The notes beneath the pieces are model-generated. The model had not been told where the DNA came from. It searched no databases and saw nothing but the letters and a program-made list of their open reading frames with translations. DNA of 64,000 nt, taken from positions 288,001 to 352,000 of the forward strand of contig CBDCCS010000018.1 in the NCBI GenBank assembly GCA_965214935.1, in the 5' to 3' direction. Made by a program: the position numbers and the translations under genes. Source of the DNA: Candidatus Velthaea sp. Its GTDB lineage: Bacteria > Vulcanimicrobiota > Vulcanimicrobiia > Vulcanimicrobiales > Vulcanimicrobiaceae. Each line of letters opens with the position of its first letter. The stretch's first letter is position 1. Shown here one piece after another: positions 40,148 through 48,781 of the stretch.

Positions 40148-40327
40148 ATGTATGATATCAAAGACGAACGCGGCGTTCCGGTTTCGGCCGGTATTCCGCC
40201 CATCGTCATGTGGGCAGTCGGCATCGGCGTCGCTATGATCTTCGTCATACTTGGAATGGTGATTTTCGGTAGCCCGTTCCATCATATCTGGCCGTCAATC
40301 GACACGACGCACATCCAGCTCGGCTAG
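40148..40327 (+). CDS. Small single-TM protein, 59 aa (not in the ORF track), candidate accessory oxidase subunit
   Basis: MYDIKDERGVPVSAGIPPIVMWAVGIGVAMIFVILGMVIFGSPFHHIWPSIDTTHIQLG*; starts 3 nt after the previous stop. Confidence 0.7.
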   Translation: MYDIKDERGVPVSAGIPPIVMWAVGIGVAMIFVILGMVIFGSPFHHIWPSIDTTHIQLG

Positions 40328-40422
40328 TCTCGCAGGCGTGGCGTCGCTGAACGGCCGGCTCCGACTCGGTCCGGTTGAAAAGGCCTCGGAAGACCGGGAA
40401 GATGCTATGATCGGATGACGCG

Positions 40423-40983
40423 ATGCAGCGAGCAGCAACGGCCAGTCTGTACGAGCACGACTTCGCGCTTTGGGTCGCAGAACAAGTGAAGCTGCTGCAC
40501 GCGGCCGCCTTCGAAGGGCGCTTGCTCGATGTCGACGTTGAGAACGTAATCGAGGAGCTTGAAGGTCTGGCACGTCGCGATCGATCGAAGCTCCTGTCAC
40601 ATATCACGGTTGTCGCGCTGCATGTATTCAAGTTACAGATTCAACCGGCGACGGCAACGCGAAGCCGACTGGTGTTCAAAAACAACAGTGCCACGAAGGT
40701 GCGCAAGCTGCTGGCACAGTCGCCGTCGATGGCGAACCTCGTATCGAGTTACATCAGCGAGGCATACGTCGATGCGCGTCGTCAAGCTAGCGTCGAAACG
40801 GGTCTGCCGATTACCGACGTGCCGCCGCAGATGAGCGCTGACTTCGCACGAGCGCTCGAGCCGCGCTTACATTTGAGGATTATGGCGGCGAGGTCACGGT
40901 CTCGAAGAACGAAACAACGTGAGATGAGAAGCACACCAGCGGTTGACGTTAAGCGAAGGGGATTCGCTAATTACGGGCGTTGA
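40423..40983 (+). CDS. DUF29 family protein, possibly degenerate at the 3' end
   Basis: LYEHDFALW..Q, DVENVIEELE, LLAQSPS, AYVDARRQASVETGL. Confidence 0.8.
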   Translation: MQRAATASLYEHDFALWVAEQVKLLHAAAFEGRLLDVDVENVIEELEGLARRDRSKLLSHITVVALHVFKLQIQPATATRSRLVFKNNSATKVRKLLAQSPSMANLVSSYISEAYVDARRQASVETGLPITDVPPQMSADFARALEPRLHLRIMAARSRSRRTKQREMRSTPAVDVKRRGFANYGR

Positions 40984-41557
40984 TATCGCCGTCGGCACGA
41001 AAGTCGCGTTCGCGACTCAAGCCGCCGACTCCAAACGACGGAATGCGGCCGGGTAAAACGCCGGTCGAACGGCCGTCGATTGTGTGTATGCCGCCAAATA
41101 CGCTAAACTCACACATCGATGCACGCGTGAGCACCGGCAGCTCGATATCCCCGATCGTCGGCCATTCACATGCGACGCGTCCATCTTCGGTCATCGCGGC
41201 AATGTAGCCGTTCGAGTTTTCGTCCGACGCACAGTCGCGGCCGCGATAGCGGACGTAACCGTCGACGATGTAGATCGGTCCAAGCGTATGCATCAGCGCA
41301 CGCACCGGCGCGAGCATCACGGCGAAGGCATAGAAACCGAAGGCGAGTACGCCGAGAGCAAAGATCGGTGCAAGGACGATGATTCCCGTGTTTTTATTGA
41401 ACACCATGCCGAGGGTGAGCGCGAGAAAAACCGCGCCGCAGATGGCCGGTTCGATTGCGATCAGCAGCCGTCCAAGAAAGCCTTGGATGACGACTTTGCG
41501 TTCGGGCTTTGTCCAGCTTCGGCGAATGAGTAGCGTCTCGCGGTCGCGCGCGCTCAT
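40967..41557 (-). CDS. Two-TM hypothetical protein
   Basis: MSARDRETLLI start, two TM helices and a soluble C-terminus. Confidence 0.65.
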   Translation of the reverse strand: MSARDRETLLIRRSWTKPERKVVIQGFLGRLLIAIEPAICGAVFLALTLGMVFNKNTGIIVLAPIFALGVLAFGFYAFAVMLAPVRALMHTLGPIYIVDGYVRYRGRDCASDENSNGYIAAMTEDGRVACEWPTIGDIELPVLTRASMCEFSVFGGIHTIDGRSTGVLPGRIPSFGVGGLSRERDFRADGDINARN

Positions 41558-41579
41558 CCGGCCCGACCGGAAGCCGTGG

Positions 41580-42569
41580 ATGATCGTTTCGGTCGTTTCA
41601 CTCATGCTGCTAGTTCCAGGGACGGCAGGTGCAACGCAGGCGCGCCACCTGCACGGTCTCGTCCTCGGTTTGACGCCGCAAACGGGGACGATCATCATAC
41701 GACATGAGGCCGTTTCCGGTATGCCGGCGATGGCGATGCCGTTCCGGGTCATTCCCCAGGCACGTGCGCGTGAACTGCTAATCGGTTCGATTATCGATGC
41801 CGATGTCGATACGAGCACCGAGCCTTGGACGCTGCGTCATGTGATAAGCACGGCCGCCCAACGGGTGACGAGCGACGCGCTCATGCGGCATGTCACACCG
41901 CTTCGGGTCGGCGATGCGGTGCCTGCAACGGCGTTCGTCGATCAAGCCGGGCATTCGTTCAACGTTGCGCAGTTGCGCGGCCAAGACGTCGTGCTCGCAT
42001 TTATCTACACGCGCTGTCAAGACGCCCGGATGTGTCCGCTTATCTCGGCAAAATTTCACGCCTTGCAGCCGCTTCTCGGCCGCCGCCACGCCCATCTCGT
42101 AGAAGTAACGCTCGATCCGGCCTACGATCGGCCGTCCGTACTGGCGCGCTATGCTGCAACTTTCGGCGCAGATGCAACAAGATGGACGCTGGCCGTGGGC
42201 GATGCCGAGGCAACGCTCGACTTTGCGGCGCGTTTCGGCGTGACGACGTTTCCCGATCCGAATATCGGGCTGATTCACGCGGAAAATACGGTCTTGATCG
42301 GTCCCGACGGCAACATCGCCGAAATGATTACCGACACCTCGTGGACGCCGAATGAGATCGTCGCGCAGATCGATGCGCAGCATGGACTTGCGAGCAATCC
42401 GATCGCTCGCTTCAACTTGTGGCTATCGAAGACGGCGTCGGCGGTCTGCGGTAACGACGTCGGACAATTTAGCGGCCTCCGCGATCTGATCGTCGTATCG
42501 ATTCTTATCGGCGCGCTCGGTTATCTCGCACGCCGGTTGTATCGCGCAATCTTTGTCGAGAATGTCTAA
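41580..42569 (+). CDS. SCO family copper chaperone with an N-terminal CusF-like copper-binding domain
   Basis: Signal peptide, IRHEAVSGMPAMAMPF, FIYTRCQDARMCP, TLDPAYD, IH motif, C-terminal TM. Confidence 0.88.
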   Translation: MIVSVVSLMLLVPGTAGATQARHLHGLVLGLTPQTGTIIIRHEAVSGMPAMAMPFRVIPQARARELLIGSIIDADVDTSTEPWTLRHVISTAAQRVTSDALMRHVTPLRVGDAVPATAFVDQAGHSFNVAQLRGQDVVLAFIYTRCQDARMCPLISAKFHALQPLLGRRHAHLVEVTLDPAYDRPSVLARYAATFGADATRWTLAVGDAEATLDFAARFGVTTFPDPNIGLIHAENTVLIGPDGNIAEMITDTSWTPNEIVAQIDAQHGLASNPIARFNLWLSKTASAVCGNDVGQFSGLRDLIVVSILIGALGYLARRLYRAIFVENV

Positions 42570-43035
42570 CGCGTCCGCAACGACGCTGAGCGTGCGGCTC
42601 GCGGGCGACGGCGACCGCGACTTTGTTTTGCGGCTCGCAGCGCGCTTTAGTGAAACGCGAGCGCCCTGGCGCGGCGACGACGAAGTCGCCGGCGGCACGC
42701 GGCGTCAGTTAGCTGCCGCGTTCGAGACGCCGCGTGAGGGCGATACGCTGCTGATCGCCGTCAATGGAAACGGCGCGCGCGCCGGCTTTGCGTATGTGGT
42801 AACGCACGAAGACTTTTTCACCGGGGAGCCGCACGGCCATATCTCCGAGCTTGCGGCAACGGTCGACGGCAACGGTGCGGGACGCGTGCTGCTGGCGGCT
42901 TGCGAAGCTTGGTCGCGCGCTCGCGGCTTCCGCTACCTCTCCCTCAATGTTAACGATGCCAACGCAGCAGCGCGCGCGTTTTACGCGCGGCATTCGTTCG
43001 AGGCCGAGTACCGGCACCTCGTCAAACTGCTTTAG
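42562..43035 (+). CDS. GNAT family N-acetyltransferase
   Basis: HISELA..GNGAGRVLL, LNVNDANAAARAFYARH. Confidence 0.88.
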   Translation: MSNASATTLSVRLAGDGDRDFVLRLAARFSETRAPWRGDDEVAGGTRRQLAAAFETPREGDTLLIAVNGNGARAGFAYVVTHEDFFTGEPHGHISELAATVDGNGAGRVLLAACEAWSRARGFRYLSLNVNDANAAARAFYARHSFEAEYRHLVKLL

Positions 43036-44444
43036 CGATCGGTTGCGGGTTCGTGCCGTTCGCCCGCTTTCGACGCCAGTGCGAGCGTTAAGGCCGCTGC
43101 TACAACGGCGATGAGCGTGAACGCGAAGTAGGCGTCGCGGTAACCTTGAAGATCGACGGCATGCGCAGCGACGATGCCGCCGGCAAGCGAGCCACCGAAA
43201 ATCTGGCCGATAATGAGAAAGATTGAAAGCAGCCCGACGGCCCCGGCGCGCTGATCGGCCGTGACGCTGTTGGTAATGATATAGCGCGTCGGTGCGCCCA
43301 GCAGCGCACCAAAGCCGATGCCCGCAATGACCATGGCGGCAATTGAGATCCACAGCGTCGCGAAGCCGAAGGCAAAGATGCACAATCCGAGCGCTGTCAG
43401 CACCGTTCCGACCGTAAGCACCCAGCGGCTGCCGACGGCGTCGAGTGCGCGTCCGGCACCCGGGATCACGACCACGAACATCAGCGCGCCCAGAGCCGCA
43501 ATGCCGCCGGCGGCCGCATACGTCATGTGTTGGGCGGCGACAAGCGCGGCCGGGATAAAGAATAGTGCACCTTCAAGAATGCCGATGAGCACCTCGAGCG
43601 CGTAGGTGACTTGCAGTTGGCGTTGCGTGAAGAGATACAGCCGGACGACGGGCTCCTTCGCTTGCCGTTCGATGCCGACGAATGCTGCAAAAAATGCAAC
43701 GCCGATTGCCAGCATCGGCGCAAGCAGAACGCCAAGCCGGGTGAGCCCGATCATCACCGCGAGCAGACCGAGCGTCAGCGTGACGATTCCCCCGATATCG
43801 AGCGGTCCGCGTACGTTACTGACCTTCGCGGGAACCGTCGTGCGCGCCATCGCAATCACGACGACGGCGAGCGGAATATTGGCGGCAAAGATCCAGTGCC
43901 AGGAAAGAACGTGCGTGAGAACGCCGCCGAGACTCGGCCCGATAATCGCCGCGAGACCCCACGTCGCTGCGACGAGTCCAAGTGCCGCGCCGCGCCGCTC
44001 GACCGGCACGCGATCGGCGATCGCCGCGGTTGCGACCGGGAAGATACCGCCGGCACCGGCGGCCTGAATCGCTCGCGCGATGAGAAAGAACGTGAAGCTG
44101 CGCGCGGAAATCGCCGCGACCGAACCAACGGCAAAAATCGCTACGCACGCGATGTACACCGGCCGGCGGCCGTTTCGGTCCGCAAGTTTGGTCATGATCG
44201 GTATGCTTGCGATATTGGCCAGCAAGTACAGCGTGAAAACCCAAGCTAATGCGTCCGGACCAACCTTGAATGCACGCGCCAGCGCCGGTAGCGCCGGGCT
44301 CAGTACGCCGAGATCGAGCGCACCGGCGAAAACGCCCAGACCAAGGGTCACCAGTAGCGGGACCGTCGAACGATCGAGCCGGTGGCCCGCAATGCTGGTG
44401 TCGCCCGGTTCGGACGCCGGCCGCGGAGAACTTGTTACCGCCAT
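43032..44444 (-). CDS. MFS transporter (14-TM drug:H+ antiporter-like)
   Basis: ALDLGVLSPALP, KLADRNGRR, ARAIQAAGAGG, GPSLGG..WHWIF. Confidence 0.93.
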   Translation of the reverse strand: MAVTSSPRPASEPGDTSIAGHRLDRSTVPLLVTLGLGVFAGALDLGVLSPALPALARAFKVGPDALAWVFTLYLLANIASIPIMTKLADRNGRRPVYIACVAIFAVGSVAAISARSFTFFLIARAIQAAGAGGIFPVATAAIADRVPVERRGAALGLVAATWGLAAIIGPSLGGVLTHVLSWHWIFAANIPLAVVVIAMARTTVPAKVSNVRGPLDIGGIVTLTLGLLAVMIGLTRLGVLLAPMLAIGVAFFAAFVGIERQAKEPVVRLYLFTQRQLQVTYALEVLIGILEGALFFIPAALVAAQHMTYAAAGGIAALGALMFVVVIPGAGRALDAVGSRWVLTVGTVLTALGLCIFAFGFATLWISIAAMVIAGIGFGALLGAPTRYIITNSVTADQRAGAVGLLSIFLIIGQIFGGSLAGGIVAAHAVDLQGYRDAYFAFTLIAVVAAALTLALASKAGERHEPATDR

Positions 44445-44461
44445 AACGATCGCATGAGAGC

Positions 44462-45391
44462 TTAGACTACGATTGTGATAATGCGGTCGGCCACCATCGC
44501 TACACACATCAGCGCAAGATACAAGAGCGAATACTTGAAGAGCGCGCGCGGCCACCGTTTCGAGTCGTCGCCGAATAACTTCCAAGCGTACATGAGAAAG
44601 ATACCGCCGAGCACGGCAGCCGCGCCGAAATAGCACGGGCCCATCAAATGCAGCGGCCACAACGCAAGTGACATTACGACGAGTACGACGGAATAGACGA
44701 AGATCTCGCGTTTGGTCCGCGGTACGCCGGCGACATTAGGCAGCATCGGAATATTTGCTTTGTCGTAATCGATGTTCGTCATGAGCGCCAAGGCCCAAAA
44801 ATGCGGCGGCGTCCAAAGAAAAACCAGCAAGAATAAGCCGACCGCCGGCCCGCCCACCTGGCCGGTGATCGCGGCCCAGCCGACGAGCGGGGGAATCGCA
44901 CCGGCGGCGCCGCCGATGACGATGTTGAGCGGCGTTCGGCGCTTGAGCCACATGGTGTAGATCAGCACGTAAAAGGCGTTGCCGGCCAGCGATAACCAGG
45001 CTGCGAGCGGATTCACGAATGCGAACAGTACGGCTAACGAAGCACAGCCGGAGATCGCTGCAAAGATCAATGCATTCACCACGGAAATGCGGCCTGCAGC
45101 CAGCGGCCGGCTCTTCGTGCGGCGCATGAGCCGGTCGATATCGCGATCCCAAACGCAATTAAAGGCTCCCGCCGATGCCGATGCAAGCGCCCCGCCCGTA
45201 AGCGTCCAAACGGTCAACCAAAACGGCGGCAATCCGCGTTGTGCCATCATCATCGCAGCGAACGTCGTGATGAGCAGCAGATAAATGATACGCGGCTTGG
45301 TCAACTCGAAGTAATCGGCGAACGCTCCACGCCAACCCGTCGGTGCAAGCGGTGCAACAACGCCGTCGACGCGCGAAAGCGTCGAACTCAC
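44462..45391 (-). CDS. ctaB: Heme o synthase (protoheme IX farnesyltransferase)
   Basis: ELTKPRI, DRDIDRLMRRTKSRPL, YTMWLKRRT, WTPPHFWAL. Confidence 0.96.
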   Translation of the reverse strand: MSSTLSRVDGVVAPLAPTGWRGAFADYFELTKPRIIYLLLITTFAAMMMAQRGLPPFWLTVWTLTGGALASASAGAFNCVWDRDIDRLMRRTKSRPLAAGRISVVNALIFAAISGCASLAVLFAFVNPLAAWLSLAGNAFYVLIYTMWLKRRTPLNIVIGGAAGAIPPLVGWAAITGQVGGPAVGLFLLVFLWTPPHFWALALMTNIDYDKANIPMLPNVAGVPRTKREIFVYSVVLVVMSLALWPLHLMGPCYFGAAAVLGGIFLMYAWKLFGDDSKRWPRALFKYSLLYLALMCVAMVADRIITIVV

Positions 45392-46317
45392 AAGCGGCTC
45401 GCGACCGTCGACCCGGTTGCGGTACGCGCCGGCCGGCGACTTGCGGCGGCCGCCGTGCCGTCGAGACTTGCCAGCACGAAAGCGCTGACGAACGCCAGAA
45501 ACGTCAAGCCGGCATTTGCGGCATGCGCTTCGCGGAGCGCCGTCGGCAATGCCCAGATCACGTTGGCAATTCCGAGTGCAATTTGCAAAACGATACAAGC
45601 AAATCCGCCCAGCGTCGCCGCACGTACGCGTCCGGTCGTCGAGCTAGCGGCCCAATACGCGGCCGCCGTCGCAAAGACGAAGAAGGTTCCGGCCAAGCCG
45701 CGATGCAGCATTTGGGCGAATTGCGCCGCCGTGACGCCCAGCCAGTTCCCGTCACAACTCGGAAACGACAGGCAGGCTAACCCGGCACCGCTCGAACTCA
45801 CATACGCCCCTGCGCACATCGCGCCAAAGGCCGTCAGGACGCTTACTCCAAGCACGGCATAGAGGCCGGATTGTTGCGCGCGCGGGCGTTCGACGGCCGG
45901 CTGGGCAACCGACAGAATTGCCAGCGCCGTCAGCTCGGCTAGAAATGCCATTGCGGTCGCCCAGTGCCAAACAACCGACGGCGGATTGTTCGCCAGGGCC
46001 ACCGTTGCCCCGCCCAATATGACTTGCACCCCGAACGTAACGGCGATCGCAAGTAACACGGGCCGCACGAAGGCGATCCGGTTACGTGCTTGCCACCCGG
46101 CGATCAATGCACCGAGAACGAGAAAGCCGACCGCAAATGCGACCATCCGGTGCGACCATTCGAGAATCACGCCGCCGTCGAGCGGCGGGATAATTTGCCC
46201 GTGGCAAAGCGGCCAGTCGGGGCAGGTCATACCGGCGCCGTTGATACGAATCCAACTGCCTAAAACAGCGAGTGCGAAAGCCGCCGCTGCGGCAGACCAA
46301 GAGAAGGCACGGAACAT
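45388..46317 (-). CDS. ctaA: Heme A synthase (COX15/CtaA)
   Basis: GAGMTCPDWPLC, EWSHR, GAGLAC..FPSC, QMLHR. Confidence 0.93.
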   Translation of the reverse strand: MFRAFSWSAAAAAFALAVLGSWIRINGAGMTCPDWPLCHGQIIPPLDGGVILEWSHRMVAFAVGFLVLGALIAGWQARNRIAFVRPVLLAIAVTFGVQVILGGATVALANNPPSVVWHWATAMAFLAELTALAILSVAQPAVERPRAQQSGLYAVLGVSVLTAFGAMCAGAYVSSSGAGLACLSFPSCDGNWLGVTAAQFAQMLHRGLAGTFFVFATAAAYWAASSTTGRVRAATLGGFACIVLQIALGIANVIWALPTALREAHAANAGLTFLAFVSAFVLASLDGTAAAASRRPARTATGSTVASRL

Positions 46318-46486
46318 TATCACTAGCGTACCCGGACGGACTGCGGGCAGCAACGACATTGGTTAAGAAAACACGTCCGAGCCGCTTTCCAACGCTTCGA
46401 GTCGTTGACGCTCGACGGCCGGCGAACGCTCATCCTGCGGCGCGGTGTTGAGGTATCGGGACTCCCGGCTGTCGAAAACGTCGCCA

Positions 46487-46918
46487 ATGCGTGTTTTCGC
46501 AGCTCTCCTTCTGATCGTCGCGCTGGCCGGTTGTCGTGAAGTTCGCGTACAAACCTTCAAAACCGGACAAACGTCGTCGACCGGACCGTCGCAAATCGTC
46601 GTGCTGCGTGACGTGCGGGTCTTGCATCAATACGGAATTAACGCGCCGGTCCGCTTCAACCACGAGTTCGGCGTGTTGTTGTTAATGGGGCCGCATCGCG
46701 AAACCGGTTGGGCGCAGATCATCGAATCGATCCGGGCGAATAGCGAACGCGTACGGATCGTTGCGTTCGAGCGCGGACCGCTCGGCGGCGGTGAACCGGC
46801 GGCCGCGTATCGCACCTACACGCTATGGATCGTACCGAATTCGGTCTACCGCGTTCGCTCGATCGTCGATGTCGTTACGCCGTCGGGCGATTTGGTAACG
46901 TCCACCACCTTGCGCTAA
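46487..46918 (+). CDS. Lipoprotein, weak resemblance to the PrcB C-terminal domain
   Basis: Lipobox LAGC; LLMGPHRETGW..IESI. Confidence 0.65.
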   Translation: MRVFAALLLIVALAGCREVRVQTFKTGQTSSTGPSQIVVLRDVRVLHQYGINAPVRFNHEFGVLLLMGPHRETGWAQIIESIRANSERVRIVAFERGPLGGGEPAAAYRTYTLWIVPNSVYRVRSIVDVVTPSGDLVTSTTLR

Positions 46919-46970
46919 GCGCCGGTGTCTGGATTTTCGCAAAATTTGAACTGCCGGTGAGGTTGCTGCG

Positions 46971-47107
46971 TTGTTCGGTACGGGTATGACGGCGAAAACC
47001 TAAGGAACTTGCAGGTCGCGTCGATATTGGCAGTACAACAGCCCGCCTCGCGGTTATTGCAACGCGCAAATTGTCTCGGATCGCGCCCGGGCAGCCGTAC
47101 CGAACGA
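46971..47107. ncRNA. Candidate structured RNA (long closing stem, central bubble)
   Basis: GTTCGGTACGG (46973-46983) pairs with CCGTACCGAAC (47095-47105); inner stem TTGCAGGTCGCG / CGCGGTTATTGCAA. Confidence 0.3.
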
Positions 47108-47169
47108 TTCGTCACGCGCACGCCCGTGCCGGCCGCACATCAAACCATTACAGGACTTGCATAACGATC

Positions 47170-48261
47170 ATGAACGCGACCGCGCTCGACCAGTTCGACG
47201 TAACGATCACGCGCTTAGGCGTCGTTTTTGCGCCCGACGGTTCACCGGATGAAGCCGAAGGCGTCCTCAATCCGGCAAGCGCGCGCACCCGTGATGGTGC
47301 GCTCTTGCTGTTTCCACGCGTCGTCGGACACGGCAACGTCTCGCGCGTCGGCATTGCGCGCGGGTTCGAGCGGGACGGCGACATTCGCTTCGACCGTCAA
47401 GGGTACGCACTCGAGCCGCAGACGCCCTACGAACTCCGGCCGGCAAATAACGGCGGCATGGGCTGTGAAGATCCGCGCGTCACCTTCATCGCCGCGCTCG
47501 ACCGGTATGTCATGGCCTATACCGCGTTTGGTCCGAACGGACCACGCATCGCCGTCGCCGTCTCAACCGATGCCGTCGTGTGGGAACGCTTAGGACTCGT
47601 CGACTTCTCGGCGCCGGGTCTGCCGAGCGGCGATGACAAGGACGGCGTCTTTTTTCCCGAGCCCGTCCGTTCGCCCGACGGCGTCCTGTCGATTGCTTTT
47701 TATCACCGGCCGATGCTGCGCTTCACCACGCTCAATGGACGCGCGACCGTGCCGGCCATTCTCGAATTGCCGCCCGAGCGTCGTGAATGTACGCGGATCG
47801 CCTACGTACCGCTGGAGCCGATTCGTGACGACGTTCGCAATATTCTCAAGGTGACGGAAAGTGCGCTCGTTTTACCGCCCGATGGTTCGTGGGGCGCCAT
47901 AAAAACCGGGGCGGGTACGCCGCCCGTGCGCATCGATGAGGGCTGGTTTTCGCTCTATCACGCGGTCGATGCGGTTGCCGTCGGCGACTCGTATCACATG
48001 ATTTACAGCGCCGGCGTGATCGTTCACGACATCGATCGGCCGCATATCGTCTTGTACCGCTCGCCCGCACCGGTCATGAAACCCGAAGGGATCGACGAAG
48101 TTCACGGCACGGTCAATAACGTTGTTTTTCCGACGGCCATCGATCAGCGGGGCGATCGGACGTTCGATGTGTACTATGGAATGGCCGACGCGAAAATCGG
48201 CCGGGCCGGCTGCGCGCTTCCGAATGCATACGCCGCAGCCGCCGACGAGAACGCCGCTTAA
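47170..48261 (+). CDS. GH130-like glycosidase/mannoside phosphorylase
   Basis: GVLNP, GCEDPRVT, MAYTA, DKDGVFFPE, YHRP, GAGTPP, NVVFP, YYGMAD. Confidence 0.88.
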   Translation: MNATALDQFDVTITRLGVVFAPDGSPDEAEGVLNPASARTRDGALLLFPRVVGHGNVSRVGIARGFERDGDIRFDRQGYALEPQTPYELRPANNGGMGCEDPRVTFIAALDRYVMAYTAFGPNGPRIAVAVSTDAVVWERLGLVDFSAPGLPSGDDKDGVFFPEPVRSPDGVLSIAFYHRPMLRFTTLNGRATVPAILELPPERRECTRIAYVPLEPIRDDVRNILKVTESALVLPPDGSWGAIKTGAGTPPVRIDEGWFSLYHAVDAVAVGDSYHMIYSAGVIVHDIDRPHIVLYRSPAPVMKPEGIDEVHGTVNNVVFPTAIDQRGDRTFDVYYGMADAKIGRAGCALPNAYAAAADENAA

Positions 48262-48739
48262 CCGGCCGCTCTGGCCGTTTTTCGCCGCCGCGGCCGCAAT
48301 CGTCGTCCTATTCGGATCTATCGCATTTGCGCGGCGCGGCGGCCCGCCGGATCTCAAGGTAAGCGGACCCGTTACGGGGACACCGACCCCGACAGCCGAG
48401 CGGCCCGAAGCCGGCGGCTCGGCGGCGACGCGCGGCAGCTTTCTCGGCTCCGGCTCCTGGACGATGAGCTCGCTGCCCGAGTGTTTTCGCGAGCGCGAAC
48501 GGCTGCGCGGCCCGCTCCAAGCGTTACGCGCGTCGTTTCCTCCGCCCGCTGCCCGCATCTCGCCGGCGACCGTCGTCCGTGCCGGCGATTGTACGATCGT
48601 CGTGAGCAAACACGAACTGCAAATTGCGCGTGGCGCCGATCGCTTGCGTGTTCCGCCCGAAGCAACGCTCTATCGCGAAGCTTCGGGCTTGACGCTCGTC
48701 TACGTGCATGGCCAATCGGCGGAGATCCGGCGCTATTAA
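48224..48739 (+). CDS. Membrane-anchored hypothetical protein (start uncertain)
   Basis: N-terminal TM segment LWPFFAAAAAIVVLFGSIAF; fills the gap before prfC. Confidence 0.6.
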   Translation: MHTPQPPTRTPLNRPLWPFFAAAAAIVVLFGSIAFARRGGPPDLKVSGPVTGTPTPTAERPEAGGSAATRGSFLGSGSWTMSSLPECFRERERLRGPLQALRASFPPPAARISPATVVRAGDCTIVVSKHELQIARGADRLRVPPEATLYREASGLTLVYVHGQSAEIRRY

Positions 48740-48781
48740 CGGGCAAAGTATGCCCGGCGCTTCGTCGAACGCAGACCGCTG

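Noticed and set aside
40423..40983. DUF29 gene as part of oxidase biogenesis
   Set aside because: A sporadic multi-copy family that looks degenerate here; more likely an unrelated insertion
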